Assembly: GCA_022844165.1 (NCBI GenBank)
Contig: JALHMH010000032.1
Coordinates: 28,064 to 54,553 of the forward strand
Origin: Lysobacterales bacterium
Lineage (GTDB): Bacteria > Pseudomonadota > Gammaproteobacteria > Xanthomonadales > SZUA-5
Reading direction: 5' to 3'
DNA: 26,490 bases
The notes beneath the pieces are model-generated. The model was not told the DNA's origin. It saw only the letters and a program-made list of their open reading frames with translations, and ran no database searches. Made by a program: the position numbers and the translations under genes. Of the stretch, positions 16,601 to 24,700 are shown piece after piece. Each line of letters begins with the position of its first letter. The stretch's first letter is position 1.

Positions 16601-19202
16601 TGATCGGTCGTGCCTGGGCGTCGTCCACCTGGGCGCTCTGGACGCGGCCCGTGGCGGCCTCACCCCCGACATCATTGCCGCCGATCAAAATGCAGGCGCG
16701 CTGGGGGCGATGTTTATGGTTCAGGCGGTTGCGCAGAGCGACTTCCTGCGCGCCCCGAGGCTGTGGCTGGTCACTTGCGGTGTGCACGCCGTTTCTGGCG
16801 ATGCCGGCCCCCTGTCGCTATCCCAAGCTCAGCTTTGGGGATACGCCAAGGCCATCGTGATCGAACACGCCGAATTGCGCGTAGCGCGTGTCGATCTTAG
16901 TGCCGCCGTTGAAGCTGAAATTGCGGCACTCGGAATGGAGATCCTGGCCGACGGAAGTGCCGACCAAATCGCGCTCAGGGTCGACCGCCGCTACATCGCC
17001 GAGCTGAAATACGAGCGCAAGCCGACCGGGGAGGAGGAACCGTCGATCGACGCAGACCAGGCCGCAGCGGGCGTTCCGTATCGGCTCTCGTTTGAGCGGC
17101 AGAACGGCACGATCAGGCGACACAAAGTGCGCCGCAGCAGGCCAGGTTCGGATGAGGTCGAATTGCGCCTGGTTACGGCGCAGGTCGCCGTGTGCGGCAG
17201 CGACCTACAGGTTCGAGCATGCAGCGGAGTTCTGCTTCGGAATGGACCTGGCGGCGCGATGGAGCCCGGCCAACAGCTGGTCGCGATCGTTCGCGCGCCG
17301 CTCGCTTCGCATCTTCGCGTCCGGGCGAGCGCTACGGCGGCAATACCGACCGGGCTGGATGCGCCATCGCTGGTATCGGTTATCCAACCACTATTTGCGG
17401 CATGGTGCGCTTTGCGTGAGATCGCCGGCGTCGGCAAAGGCGATCGTGTGCTGATTCGCGGCGAATCCGCCGACACAACTCTGGCTGCGATTCAAATAGC
17501 TCGCCTGCTGGGAGCGCGCGTGTTTGTCTCAACACCGGCAGCCTTGCACCCGTCGCTCGCCGGCCAGCGCGTCGAACTCCTGTTCGACGAGACCGAGCCA
17601 TCGTCGTACATTTCGGTACGCGCCATGAGCAATAACATCGGCGTCGATGTGCTGGTCAATCTCGGTGGCCCGCTCGACACTGCGCGTTGCTTGTTGGCAT
17701 TGCGCAACTTCGGTCGCTGTATCGACCTGACGGCGGATGGCGACTACCGTGCCGCGGTCGCGATGATGCCCAACAACGCAACGTTGCAGCGCCTCGATAT
17801 CGAAGGCTTCCTGAGCGACCGCCCAGACGAAGCGAGCCGACTGCTAAGCGAGGTCGTTGAGCATGTCCGGTCAGGTGCTATCCGGGTACCACCGGCCAGC
17901 GGTGTCGTACTCGATGAGCTCGCGCCGGCGTTGGCGGAACCCATCGGGGCGTCGCTGCTGGTTCAGATGCCGCAGCCGATCGAAGCCGGCAGCGATCAGC
18001 TGCGCTCTGCTTATCGCAGCGATGCCAGCTACCTGATTACCGGCGGCCTGGGCGGCTTAGGCCTGAAGATTGCCGAACGCATGATCGACCAGGGCGCTCG
18101 GTCCCTGGTTTTGTGCGGACGCAGCCCGCCCAATATTGCAGCACTGGACGTACTCGCAGAGTTCGAAGCGAAGGGCGCGCGATGCACGACCATTGCGGTC
18201 GATGTTGCCGACAGTGCGCAAGTTTCTGCGATGCTCGATCGCATCCGGCACGAGCTGCCGCCACTCGCCGGTATCGTCCATGCCGCCGGCATTCTCGACA
18301 ACGGACTCATCACGCAGATGGATGAGCGTCAGTTCCGTTCGGTCATGCCGGCCAAAGTGGATGGCGCATGGAACTTGCACATCGCAAGCACGTCCGATGC
18401 GCTCGACTTCTTCGTGATGTTCTCTTCGCTCGCTTCGATCATCGGCTCGCCGGGGCAATCCAACTACGCGGCGGCCAACGCCTTTCTCGAAGCGCTCGCT
18501 GAACAGCGCCGACTTGACGGCCGTGTCGGTCTGGCGATCGGGTGGGGCCCGTGGGCTGACGTTGGTATGGCCGCCGACGTCCACAACCTGCAGCGTCTGG
18601 AACAGCATGGCATGGGCATGGTGAGCGTAGAAAAGGGCTTGGATTTACTCGAAGAGTTGATTCTGGAGGGCAGCGCAGGCGTTGTGGGCGCGCTGCCGAT
18701 GAACTGGACAGTCTGGGGCCGAACGCGAGCGCAAGCCGCGCGCACGGCGTACTTCGCCGGATTGGTCCCGGCCTCGGCCGTCGTGGTCAGTAACGTCGGC
18801 AAGATTACCGCCGCGAGTCTGGCTGGCAAGGAGGCCGAGACCCAGGTCGAGATGCTGCAAGCGGCGGTCCTGCGCGCGTTATGCCAATCGATGATGCTCG
18901 ACGCCGATAGCGTCGAGCTGAACGTGCCACTGACTGCGATCGGCCTGGACTCGATCGTCGCCCTCGAACTCAAGGACCGGATCGAGTCTGCGATTGATGT
19001 CACTGTGCGCACCAGCGCGCTCATCGGCGGAAAGAGCATTCGCGCACTCGCGATTCACTTCCGGGACGAGCTTACGGGCGTCGCTGCGAGCGCAAATTCC
19101 GAAAGCCAGAATCGCGACGCAGAGCTGTTGGACGGACTGGAGGAACTGACTCAGGACGAGATCGAAAGCATGCTGATGGACCTGGAAACCGAAGCAAGGT
19201 AA
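10647..19202 (+). CDS. FAAL-initiated type I PKS: FAAL-ACP(degenerate)-KS-AT-DH(inactive)-ER(inactive)-KR-ACP
   Basis: FAAL: LQYSSGSTGNPK, SWLPNYHDMGL, YGLAEATL plus insertion, RTGDLG, PKTTSGK. KS: DTACSS, HGTGT, NIGH. AT: GHSLG, YAFHS. KR: GGLGGLG, HAAGILDN, GQSNYAAAN. Terminal ACP: GLDS with Ser at 18951-18953, then an acidic C-terminal tail. No TE. Confidence 0.95.
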   Translation: MQKSNLIDVVRARLAQTPERVAFTFLDYHPRTGQRISTSWTMYELDARARSVAAELDRLGARGERALLLYRAGLDFVAGFLGCLYAGVVAVPASVPKQGWGADRVRTIAAHSGARFALSTASSLRATSQFLTGRDDLQWLLTDEIAPAARDTAFIPAAMQREDLALLQYSSGSTGNPKAVMITHDNLLSQALLVRDAFALTEDDCSVSWLPNYHDMGLITSVVLPLFTGFHCALMAPEAFVMKPSRWLQELSERRVRCCVAPDFAYELCTRRISDDELRALDLTAIEHAVNGAEPVRARTLARFTERFEPCGFDGDAFKPVYGLAEATLMVSGRSSKLVIGSFEREPQDRRERSATDAADSTAIRLVSCGRAYGDNDIRIVDPESRRELPALHTGEIWVRGGSVGRGYWGDVGASNDNFSAMLADSDGTRFMRTGDLGFFQDGELFIRGRLKDLILIRGSNHHAPDIEQTVEACHPALAVSSGAAFSVDIDDEERLIIVHELERDGRGIPEAQLAEIATTIRRCVTEQHQIAPHAVLLLGRGLPKTTSGKVRRDECRSRFLAGQLKTAYAWTASQSDDAPTKTGAAEAGSERQQQKTTQCEQWLIDRIARASGTRSDRIGILTPVSEFDLSPAAMIELVRDFEREFGVLVTMSVFLEHENIQQLANHLGKAIAAADEAEPGTGGRLTAEALASSMGSEARSSAADAIAIVGMACRLPAANGTKAFWDNLCRGVDAVGEVPPERWDNEALYDENPLAQGKMNTRRGGFLTDVELFDRKFFGIPVREAVRMDPAHRLLLELSWETLEDAGIPAGSVSGQRVGVYIGISGSDYAQLQFGDEMLADAYAGVGCALTNSASRISHFLNLRGPALAVDTACSSSLSALHLAASAVRSGECQLALAGGVNIILSPTVTMSLSKAGMMAPDGRCKTFDKRADGYVRSEGAGLVLLKPLARAIADGDRIYAVIRGSASNQDGKSSGISAPNGEAQQRVVLAACENAGILPGNLDYVEAHGTGTALGDPIEVNALGEVLKIGAQPGKTYAIGSVKTNIGHTESAAGIASIIKASLILHHRQLPPSLNFEDPNPLIPFERYNISVQKTLQPLIGFGGPALVGVNSFGIGGTNVHFVLEEPGAMATSRPMQMNEERPYVLTISARSENSLKLNTAALLDYLSQEGTPSLGDIEYTLGARRSHLEHRLAVIGSDRAELITALKAQVEINYHADILQAHAQPGTDGRPKLAFVFSGQGPQWWAMGRKLFSCEPVFRDCIEQCDGFLKPMTGWSLIELLHADEAHSTLRETAYAQPALFALHCGLAALLRSLGIEPDAVVGHSLGEIAAAHIAGCLSLEDGCRLVAVRAELMQKATGEGLMASIEMSREDVERELAGVGDALTIAATNTHGTTVVSGERQALEALLASLKQRGVVAVQLPVNYAFHSAQMEPIKRELVLRLAGLSAKPARIPFMSTVTADWAGSDHLLGPEYWGANVRQEVRFGDAITALGRQGVRVYVEIGPTPVLFGAIVRGLKLAGIGGDAVTTLERDADDLRMLARCIGMLQTLRCSPDWTAWRPAARFVSGLPHYRWDRQRYWMDAAHHEARRRLSAHPLVSLRMPVAQPTWQSHLDINVDPYLTALRVRGRPRIACGVHVELALEALFGGSDQTSLRELFELQFDEVPDALDPTQLPTLQTTIHGTRAGASSVTISAQTDDSQGKAAAWFPVMTCRTAAASSTSTPRQLDIVSLRARFTNQLSATEVYRRLAEVGAEYAPPRQVVQEIWRDEEAVLIGLRTAQMFKADIGKYQLHPLVFEAIEQAARLTSGSVAAQHELAHVARVRLIGDCARATLLYARLRVVGAPSDPAREGESTHTDVWVLADDGSVLAIVEGIRFRAQRSEEDFSIPTDIDHWRYRVHWQERALEATDLAATPANGAWLIVADRRGVGEQLCRWLRQHGQDYVIVEPRSAFSILGTDHYEIDANSTADRVRVLREAFAERDRSCLGVVHLGALDAARGGLTPDIIAADQNAGALGAMFMVQAVAQSDFLRAPRLWLVTCGVHAVSGDAGPLSLSQAQLWGYAKAIVIEHAELRVARVDLSAAVEAEIAALGMEILADGSADQIALRVDRRYIAELKYERKPTGEEEPSIDADQAAAGVPYRLSFERQNGTIRRHKVRRSRPGSDEVELRLVTAQVAVCGSDLQVRACSGVLLRNGPGGAMEPGQQLVAIVRAPLASHLRVRASATAAIPTGLDAPSLVSVIQPLFAAWCALREIAGVGKGDRVLIRGESADTTLAAIQIARLLGARVFVSTPAALHPSLAGQRVELLFDETEPSSYISVRAMSNNIGVDVLVNLGGPLDTARCLLALRNFGRCIDLTADGDYRAAVAMMPNNATLQRLDIEGFLSDRPDEASRLLSEVVEHVRSGAIRVPPASGVVLDELAPALAEPIGASLLVQMPQPIEAGSDQLRSAYRSDASYLITGGLGGLGLKIAERMIDQGARSLVLCGRSPPNIAALDVLAEFEAKGARCTTIAVDVADSAQVSAMLDRIRHELPPLAGIVHAAGILDNGLITQMDERQFRSVMPAKVDGAWNLHIASTSDALDFFVMFSSLASIIGSPGQSNYAAANAFLEALAEQRRLDGRVGLAIGWGPWADVGMAADVHNLQRLEQHGMGMVSVEKGLDLLEELILEGSAGVVGALPMNWTVWGRTRAQAARTAYFAGLVPASAVVVSNVGKITAASLAGKEAETQVEMLQAAVLRALCQSMMLDADSVELNVPLTAIGLDSIVALELKDRIESAIDVTVRTSALIGGKSIRALAIHFRDELTGVAASANSESQNRDAELLDGLEELTQDEIESMLMDLETEAR

Positions 19203-19216
19203 CGACTCACGCTGCA

Positions 19217-19242
19217 CCGGTCCAGACCTGGACCGGCTTTCT
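19217..19242 (+). terminator. GC-rich hairpin with a short pyrimidine tail between the PKS and ABC genes (weak terminator or mRNA-stability element)
   Basis: CCGGTCCA-gacc-TGGACCGG is a perfect 8-bp stem followed by ctttct, 14 nt after the PKS stop. Confidence 0.45.
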
Positions 19243-19268
19243 CACCGCGTCAAAGACGGAATCCAATC

Positions 19269-20954
19269 ATGCAGCTCTTCAAGTTCCTCCTTAAGCACTC
19301 GAGTGCGCTACTGTTGCTGTCCATGATCGTTGGCATCGGCGCTGGCGCCGGAAGCGCCTACATCCTGGCTCTGGTCAACGACAGCCTCGCGAGCATCGGT
19401 CAGGCTGAAACCCAGTCGCAGGTAGCCATGTTGTTCTGCGGCCTGGTGCTGGTGGTCGTTGGCGCCGAGTTGGTGTCCCGGTTGTTGCTGCTCCGAGTGT
19501 CTGCGCGCGCAGTCCGCGATATGCGCATGAATTTGTGCGACCAGATCTTGAAATCGCCTCTGCGTCGTGTCGAAAGCAGCGGTTCAAGCGGCTTGATGGC
19601 GGCACTGACCGAAGATGTGCAACGCATTGCGGAGGCGCTGATCGCGCTCCCGACGCAATGCGTCAACGTAGCGATCGCGGTCGCATGCTTCGCTTATTTG
19701 TTCTACCTGTCGTGGCCGCTGGCGCTCGGCTTTGTCGGAATTTACCTGGTCGGAATCGTGGCGCATGAATTGATGTCGCACGCAGCGCGACCGTCGATGA
19801 AGAAGGCGCGTGCAAAGTGGGATGCGCTAATTGGCCTGTACACGGGCATCATCAATGGCAATAAGGAACTCAAGCTCCAACGTCAGCGTCGGCGCTCGCT
19901 GCGTAACGACGAACTGGTACCGACTGCTGACGAGATGATGCGCCTGGCATGGCGCTCGAATTCGATCGTTGCTGTAGGTGCGGCGCAAACGCAGCTGGTG
20001 TTTTTTGCATTGCTCGGACTCGTGCTCTTCGTCGCACCGCGCTACGGCGTATTCGAACCCAGCGTGATCAGCGGCTTTGTGTTGATGGCTTTGTTCATGA
20101 GCGGTCCGATCGCCTCGGCGGTCGGCACGTCGCCCAAGTTCCACGTCGCCGACGTTTCGCTCAAAACGATCCAGTCGCTTGGGCTGTCGCTCTCAGCCGA
20201 CGCCGTCAGCGATCTGCGCGATGCCGGCGAGACGAACGACGATGCGCCTTTCGCTGGTATCGAGTTGCGCGATGTCGTTTATCGCTACGTTACCGAAGAT
20301 CAGGGCGATCGCGCCTTTGTGCTGGGTCCAATCAACCTCAAGATCCTGCCTGGCGAACTCACGTTCATCGTCGGCGGCAACGGCAGTGGCAAGAGCAGCC
20401 TGATGCGCATACTAACCGGGCTGTATACGCCGACTTCCGGCACCCTGGCGCTCAACGACCGGCTCATCGACGACGAAAATCGGGATGACTACCGCCAGAA
20501 CTTTGCCGTGGTGTTCTCGGACTATCACCTTTTCAAGAGTCTGGGCGGCGTACTTGAACCAGGGACGTTGGCAATCGCAGACGAGTACTTACGGCAGCTG
20601 GAACTGAGCGAAAAGGTGCGCATCGAAAACGGCGAACTTTCGACAGTGGACCTGTCGCAAGGCCAGCGCAAGCGACTCGCATTACTGACCGCTTTCCTGG
20701 AGAACCGTAGCGTCTTCATGTTCGACGAATGGGCAGCGGATCAGGATCCGTCATTCAAGAGAGTGTTCTACCACCGAATCCTGCCGCAGCTTAAGGCACT
20801 GGGCCGCACCGTCATCGTGGTCAGTCACGACGACCAGTACTTCGAGTCGGCCGATCGCATTGTGCGCTTCGCGGACGGCCGTATTGTCGAGGATCGTTAT
20901 CTGCACGGGCAGACGAATGCCGGTACGCCAGAGCAAACGCTCGCCATGGCCTGA
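19269..20954 (+). CDS. Cyclic peptide export ABC transporter (SyrD/PvdE/YojI family)
   Basis: N-terminal TM domain, GNKELKL, Walker A GGNGSGKS, signature LSQGQRKRLAL, FDEWAADQDP and VSHDD. Confidence 0.95.
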   Translation: MQLFKFLLKHSSALLLLSMIVGIGAGAGSAYILALVNDSLASIGQAETQSQVAMLFCGLVLVVVGAELVSRLLLLRVSARAVRDMRMNLCDQILKSPLRRVESSGSSGLMAALTEDVQRIAEALIALPTQCVNVAIAVACFAYLFYLSWPLALGFVGIYLVGIVAHELMSHAARPSMKKARAKWDALIGLYTGIINGNKELKLQRQRRRSLRNDELVPTADEMMRLAWRSNSIVAVGAAQTQLVFFALLGLVLFVAPRYGVFEPSVISGFVLMALFMSGPIASAVGTSPKFHVADVSLKTIQSLGLSLSADAVSDLRDAGETNDDAPFAGIELRDVVYRYVTEDQGDRAFVLGPINLKILPGELTFIVGGNGSGKSSLMRILTGLYTPTSGTLALNDRLIDDENRDDYRQNFAVVFSDYHLFKSLGGVLEPGTLAIADEYLRQLELSEKVRIENGELSTVDLSQGQRKRLALLTAFLENRSVFMFDEWAADQDPSFKRVFYHRILPQLKALGRTVIVVSHDDQYFESADRIVRFADGRIVEDRYLHGQTNAGTPEQTLAMA

Positions 20955-21030
20955 CCAGACCACTGCCATGCATGTGCTCGACGCGAAGCTTCGCTCCCCA
21001 GAAATCCCGGCCCGCAAGGAACATACTCGC

Positions 21031-21765
21031 GTGTCGGCGATCAGCGTGATCAGGCGCGTGGCGTTGCCGAAACTTCGCTTGTTTTGCTTCCCGTACGCTG
21101 GCGCCGGTCCATCGGTCTACCGCGACTGGGCAACTGCGCTGCCAGAACACGTCGAACTGGCAGGTGTTGTATATCCCGGTCGCGAGTCGAGAGCGAACGA
21201 AAGACCGCTGACTAATCTCGCCGCCCTGGTTGGCACCCTGGTCGACGAAATCGGCGGACTCCTCGATCTGCCATTTGCCTTCTTTGGGCATAGCATGGGC
21301 GCTTATGTGGCCTTCGAGGCCGCGCGATCTCTCAGCATGCGGGGCTTGCGTCCCGAGCATGTCTTCGTTTCGGCGGCGGGCGCACCGCACCTGCCCGAAC
21401 CGAACCCAGTGCATGCGTTGGATCCTCGCGCTTTCTTCGAAGCGCTGCTGAGATTGAACGGATTCCCGGCGGAAGTGCTGCGCAATGCCGAACTCGTCCG
21501 TTATGCGCTACCGATCTTGCGCGCCGACTTAAAGGCCTGCGAAACGCATCGCTTCGATTTTGATCGACCGAGCCTGTTTCCTATCACTGCTTATGGCGGG
21601 AGAAGCGATCCCCGCGTTTCGCATGAACGGATCGCGGCTTGGCGCGCGACGGCGGGTGTGGAGTTCGCTCTACGCATGTTCGACGGCGATCATTTCTTCT
21701 TTCGCCCACAGCAAGATGCGGTGCTGTCGGACATGATGAATCGGCTCTCGGAGCCCCGTCGATGA
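21031..21765 (+). CDS. Type II thioesterase (editing)
   Basis: RLFCFPYAGAG, YPGRE, FFGHSMG, LRADL and GDHFF. Start is GTG at 21031 (AAGGA upstream) or ATG at 20968. Confidence 0.92.
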   Translation: MSAISVIRRVALPKLRLFCFPYAGAGPSVYRDWATALPEHVELAGVVYPGRESRANERPLTNLAALVGTLVDEIGGLLDLPFAFFGHSMGAYVAFEAARSLSMRGLRPEHVFVSAAGAPHLPEPNPVHALDPRAFFEALLRLNGFPAEVLRNAELVRYALPILRADLKACETHRFDFDRPSLFPITAYGGRSDPRVSHERIAAWRATAGVEFALRMFDGDHFFFRPQQDAVLSDMMNRLSEPRR

Positions 21766-24700
21766 CGCGAAAGCCCGACATCGCAAAGCTCACCCCCGAG
21801 CAAAGAACTCGTGCAAGATCGAGACTGCTTGCGATCAAGGCGCGGCGCGACGGGGTCTATCCGCTGGCGCCTGCGCAAAGTGCGATGTGGTACCAGCAGT
21901 TGGCCGAACCTGCGAGTGCCGCGTACAACATGCCTTTAGCGTTCTGCCTGCATGGCGAGTTCCCCGAACCGCAGCGCGTCGTCGCTCAATGCCTCGAGGC
22001 TGTGGTGCAGCGGCACTCAGCCTTGCGAACGGTTTTTGCAATCGAGATCGACGAGCCTTGCCAACGAGTTTTGCCGGACGTACCTGTAGCACTCGTTTTC
22101 CGCGATTTGGAAGGGCACTTGCCGACGGACTGGCGCGCCGAGGTGCCTGCGCTCAGCCGGCAGCAAGCTAAAGGCGCATTCGACCTGGAACGCGGCCCGT
22201 TGTTTCGTTTCGAACTCGCGCGTGTTGCCGCAGACCAGCACATTTTGTTCGCCACTTTTCATCACATCGTGATGGATGGTTGGTCGATCGGCGTTTTTCT
22301 CAACGACTTCGCGCAGGCCTTCATCGGCGTCGCCGATGGCAAACCTCCGGCCTGGGAACGCCTCGAAGTCGACTATGCCGACTTCGTCCTGTCTCACGCT
22401 GCAAAAACGGAAGGCGAACGTCGGTCGGTACTAAAACGCTATTGGCAGCAACGTCTGGTGGATGCGCCTGCGTTGCTGGAACTGCCATGCGAGTTCAAGC
22501 GGCCCGCGCGTTACAGCTACAACGGCGCAGTGTATGGCTTTCCGATCGAAAACCAAATCGCACAGGGCCTGAACGAACTTGGCCGTCAGATCGGTGCGAC
22601 GCCGTTCATGGCAGCACTTGCGAGCTTCTATGTGCTTTTGGCGCGTTTATCGGGCCAAAGCGACATCGTGCTCGGCGTCAGCACCGCCAATCGCGACAGC
22701 AAGCAGTTCTGGGGCGTGATCGGTTTGTTCTCCGATATCCTGCCGATGCGCGCAATGGTCGCCTTGAACGGCGGCTTTCGCGCCTTTCTGGGCAATGTGC
22801 GCGCACAATGCCTGCGCGACTACGATCATGCCGACGTGTCCATGACCAGCATTATCGAGTTCGCTCGCCCGCAGCGAGCGCCCGATCGAACGCTTTTATT
22901 CCAAGCTGGCTTCGACTACCAAAATACGCCTTGGCCAGACGTCGTTGGCGAACATGTGACGCTACTGAATGGCGACGCCGGGGCGACCAAGCTCGACCTG
23001 AACTTCAATCTGAGCCGCGTTCGCGACGAACTGTTCGCCGTTTTTGAATACAACACCGATCTTTACTCGGAAGCGACGATCGCCGGCTTTGCTGCCAGTT
23101 ACCGCCATTTGCTCGCGGAAATGTTGAAGCATCCCGATGCGCCGATGGACCGTTTGCCGCTACAACCAGAATCGACGCTACTCGCGGCGGCAGCCGCGCC
23201 GGGCAGTGCTGCGCCCATCGCCGGCACGACGGTGCTCGATGCCATCGCGACCGCAGCAGCGCTGCATCGAAATCCAGAAGCGCTACTTGGCAAGCACGAG
23301 TGCGTCGACGCAGCCACGCTGATGCGACGTGCCGATGCAATCGGCTTGGCGCTGCGCGGCGCGGGCGTCCGACCGGAGGATCGCATCGGTCTGTTCTTGT
23401 CGCGCTCGACGGGGTTTGTTCAGTCTCTGCTCGGTGTTTGGGTTGCCGGTGCCTGTTACGTGGCTATGGACCCCGCGCTTGCCGATGAACGGATCGACTT
23501 CATGATCGGCGACGCCGGCATTCGCGTCGTTTTGACCTCTCGTCTCAATGCTGTCTCGTGGCGGCATCGCGAAGGTGTGCAACTGCTGCTGATCGACGAT
23601 GCCATCGCCAACCCGTCGATTCCATCGCCGACCACGCTCCCAGGTGCACGGGCCGAACATCTTGCCTACCTGATGTACACCTCGGGTACAACCGGTCAGC
23701 CCAAGGGCGTGATGGTCGAACACCGGGCGTTACGCGCCTTCACGGCGGCGGCGATCGCCAACTTCGCCGTATGTGCCCAAGATCGTGTTCTGCAGTTTGC
23801 GTCGGCGAGTTTCGATACCAGTTTGGAAGAGATACTGCCTGCTCTGTGCACCGGCGCAACACTGGTCATTGCCGACGAGGAGGCTGGCAGTTCGATCGCA
23901 GGCCTGCTACAGGCCTGCTCTGCACAGCGCATCAGCCTGCTCAACCTGCCCACCGCAGTTTGGCATGAACTCGTCGAGACCCTGGACGCCGAAGCGATCG
24001 TTCTGCCCGAGACGATTCGTGCAGTGGTCATTGGAGGCGAAGCGGCACAGCCGCAATCGGTCCAGTGTTGGCGGTCGTGCGTGCCAGCGCACGTCAGGCT
24101 GATCAACACCTATGGACCCACCGAGATAACGGTCAGTGTTGCGCACGCCGATCTTGCGGCGACGGATGTCGACGAAGCGCGCCGTCCTGCGGTGAGCCTC
24201 GGGCGCGTGAATGCTGGCGCCAGCGTCTGGATTCTGGATCCGTTCGGCGCACCTGTGCCACGCGGCGTTTTCGGCGAGCTGGCCGTTGGCGGTACCACCC
24301 TGGCACGCGGTTACTGTGGACTACCGGCGCTGACAGCGCAGCGTTTCGTGCCCGATCCCTGGGGCGACGGGTCGCGTCTGTATCTGACTGGCGATTGGGC
24401 TCGGTTCCGCAACGACGGCAGCCTCGAATTTGGTGGACGGCGCGACGATCAAGTGAAGTTGTCAGGGTTTCGCGTAGAACTAGGCGAAATAGAAGCGCAA
24501 TTGCTTCGCCACCCAGCGCTCCGGCAAACCGCAGTGCTTCTGCATACGCGCAGCGCCGATCAACCGCAACGCCTTGTAGCCTATGTTGTGCCACACATCC
24601 GCCCGGGCATCGAAATCGAAGATCTGCGCCGATGGTCGGCACAGAAACTCGCCGCCCACATGCGCCCGGCGACATACGTTGTAATGGATGAACTGCCGCT

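Noticed and set aside
19269-20954. Calling the cluster a pyoverdine or other siderophore locus because of the PvdE-like exporter, MbtH and FAAL
   Set aside because: No Fur box, TonB receptor, ornithine monooxygenase or TauD-type hydroxylase is in the window, and the exporter family also serves lipopeptide toxins. It cannot be excluded because the cluster is incomplete.
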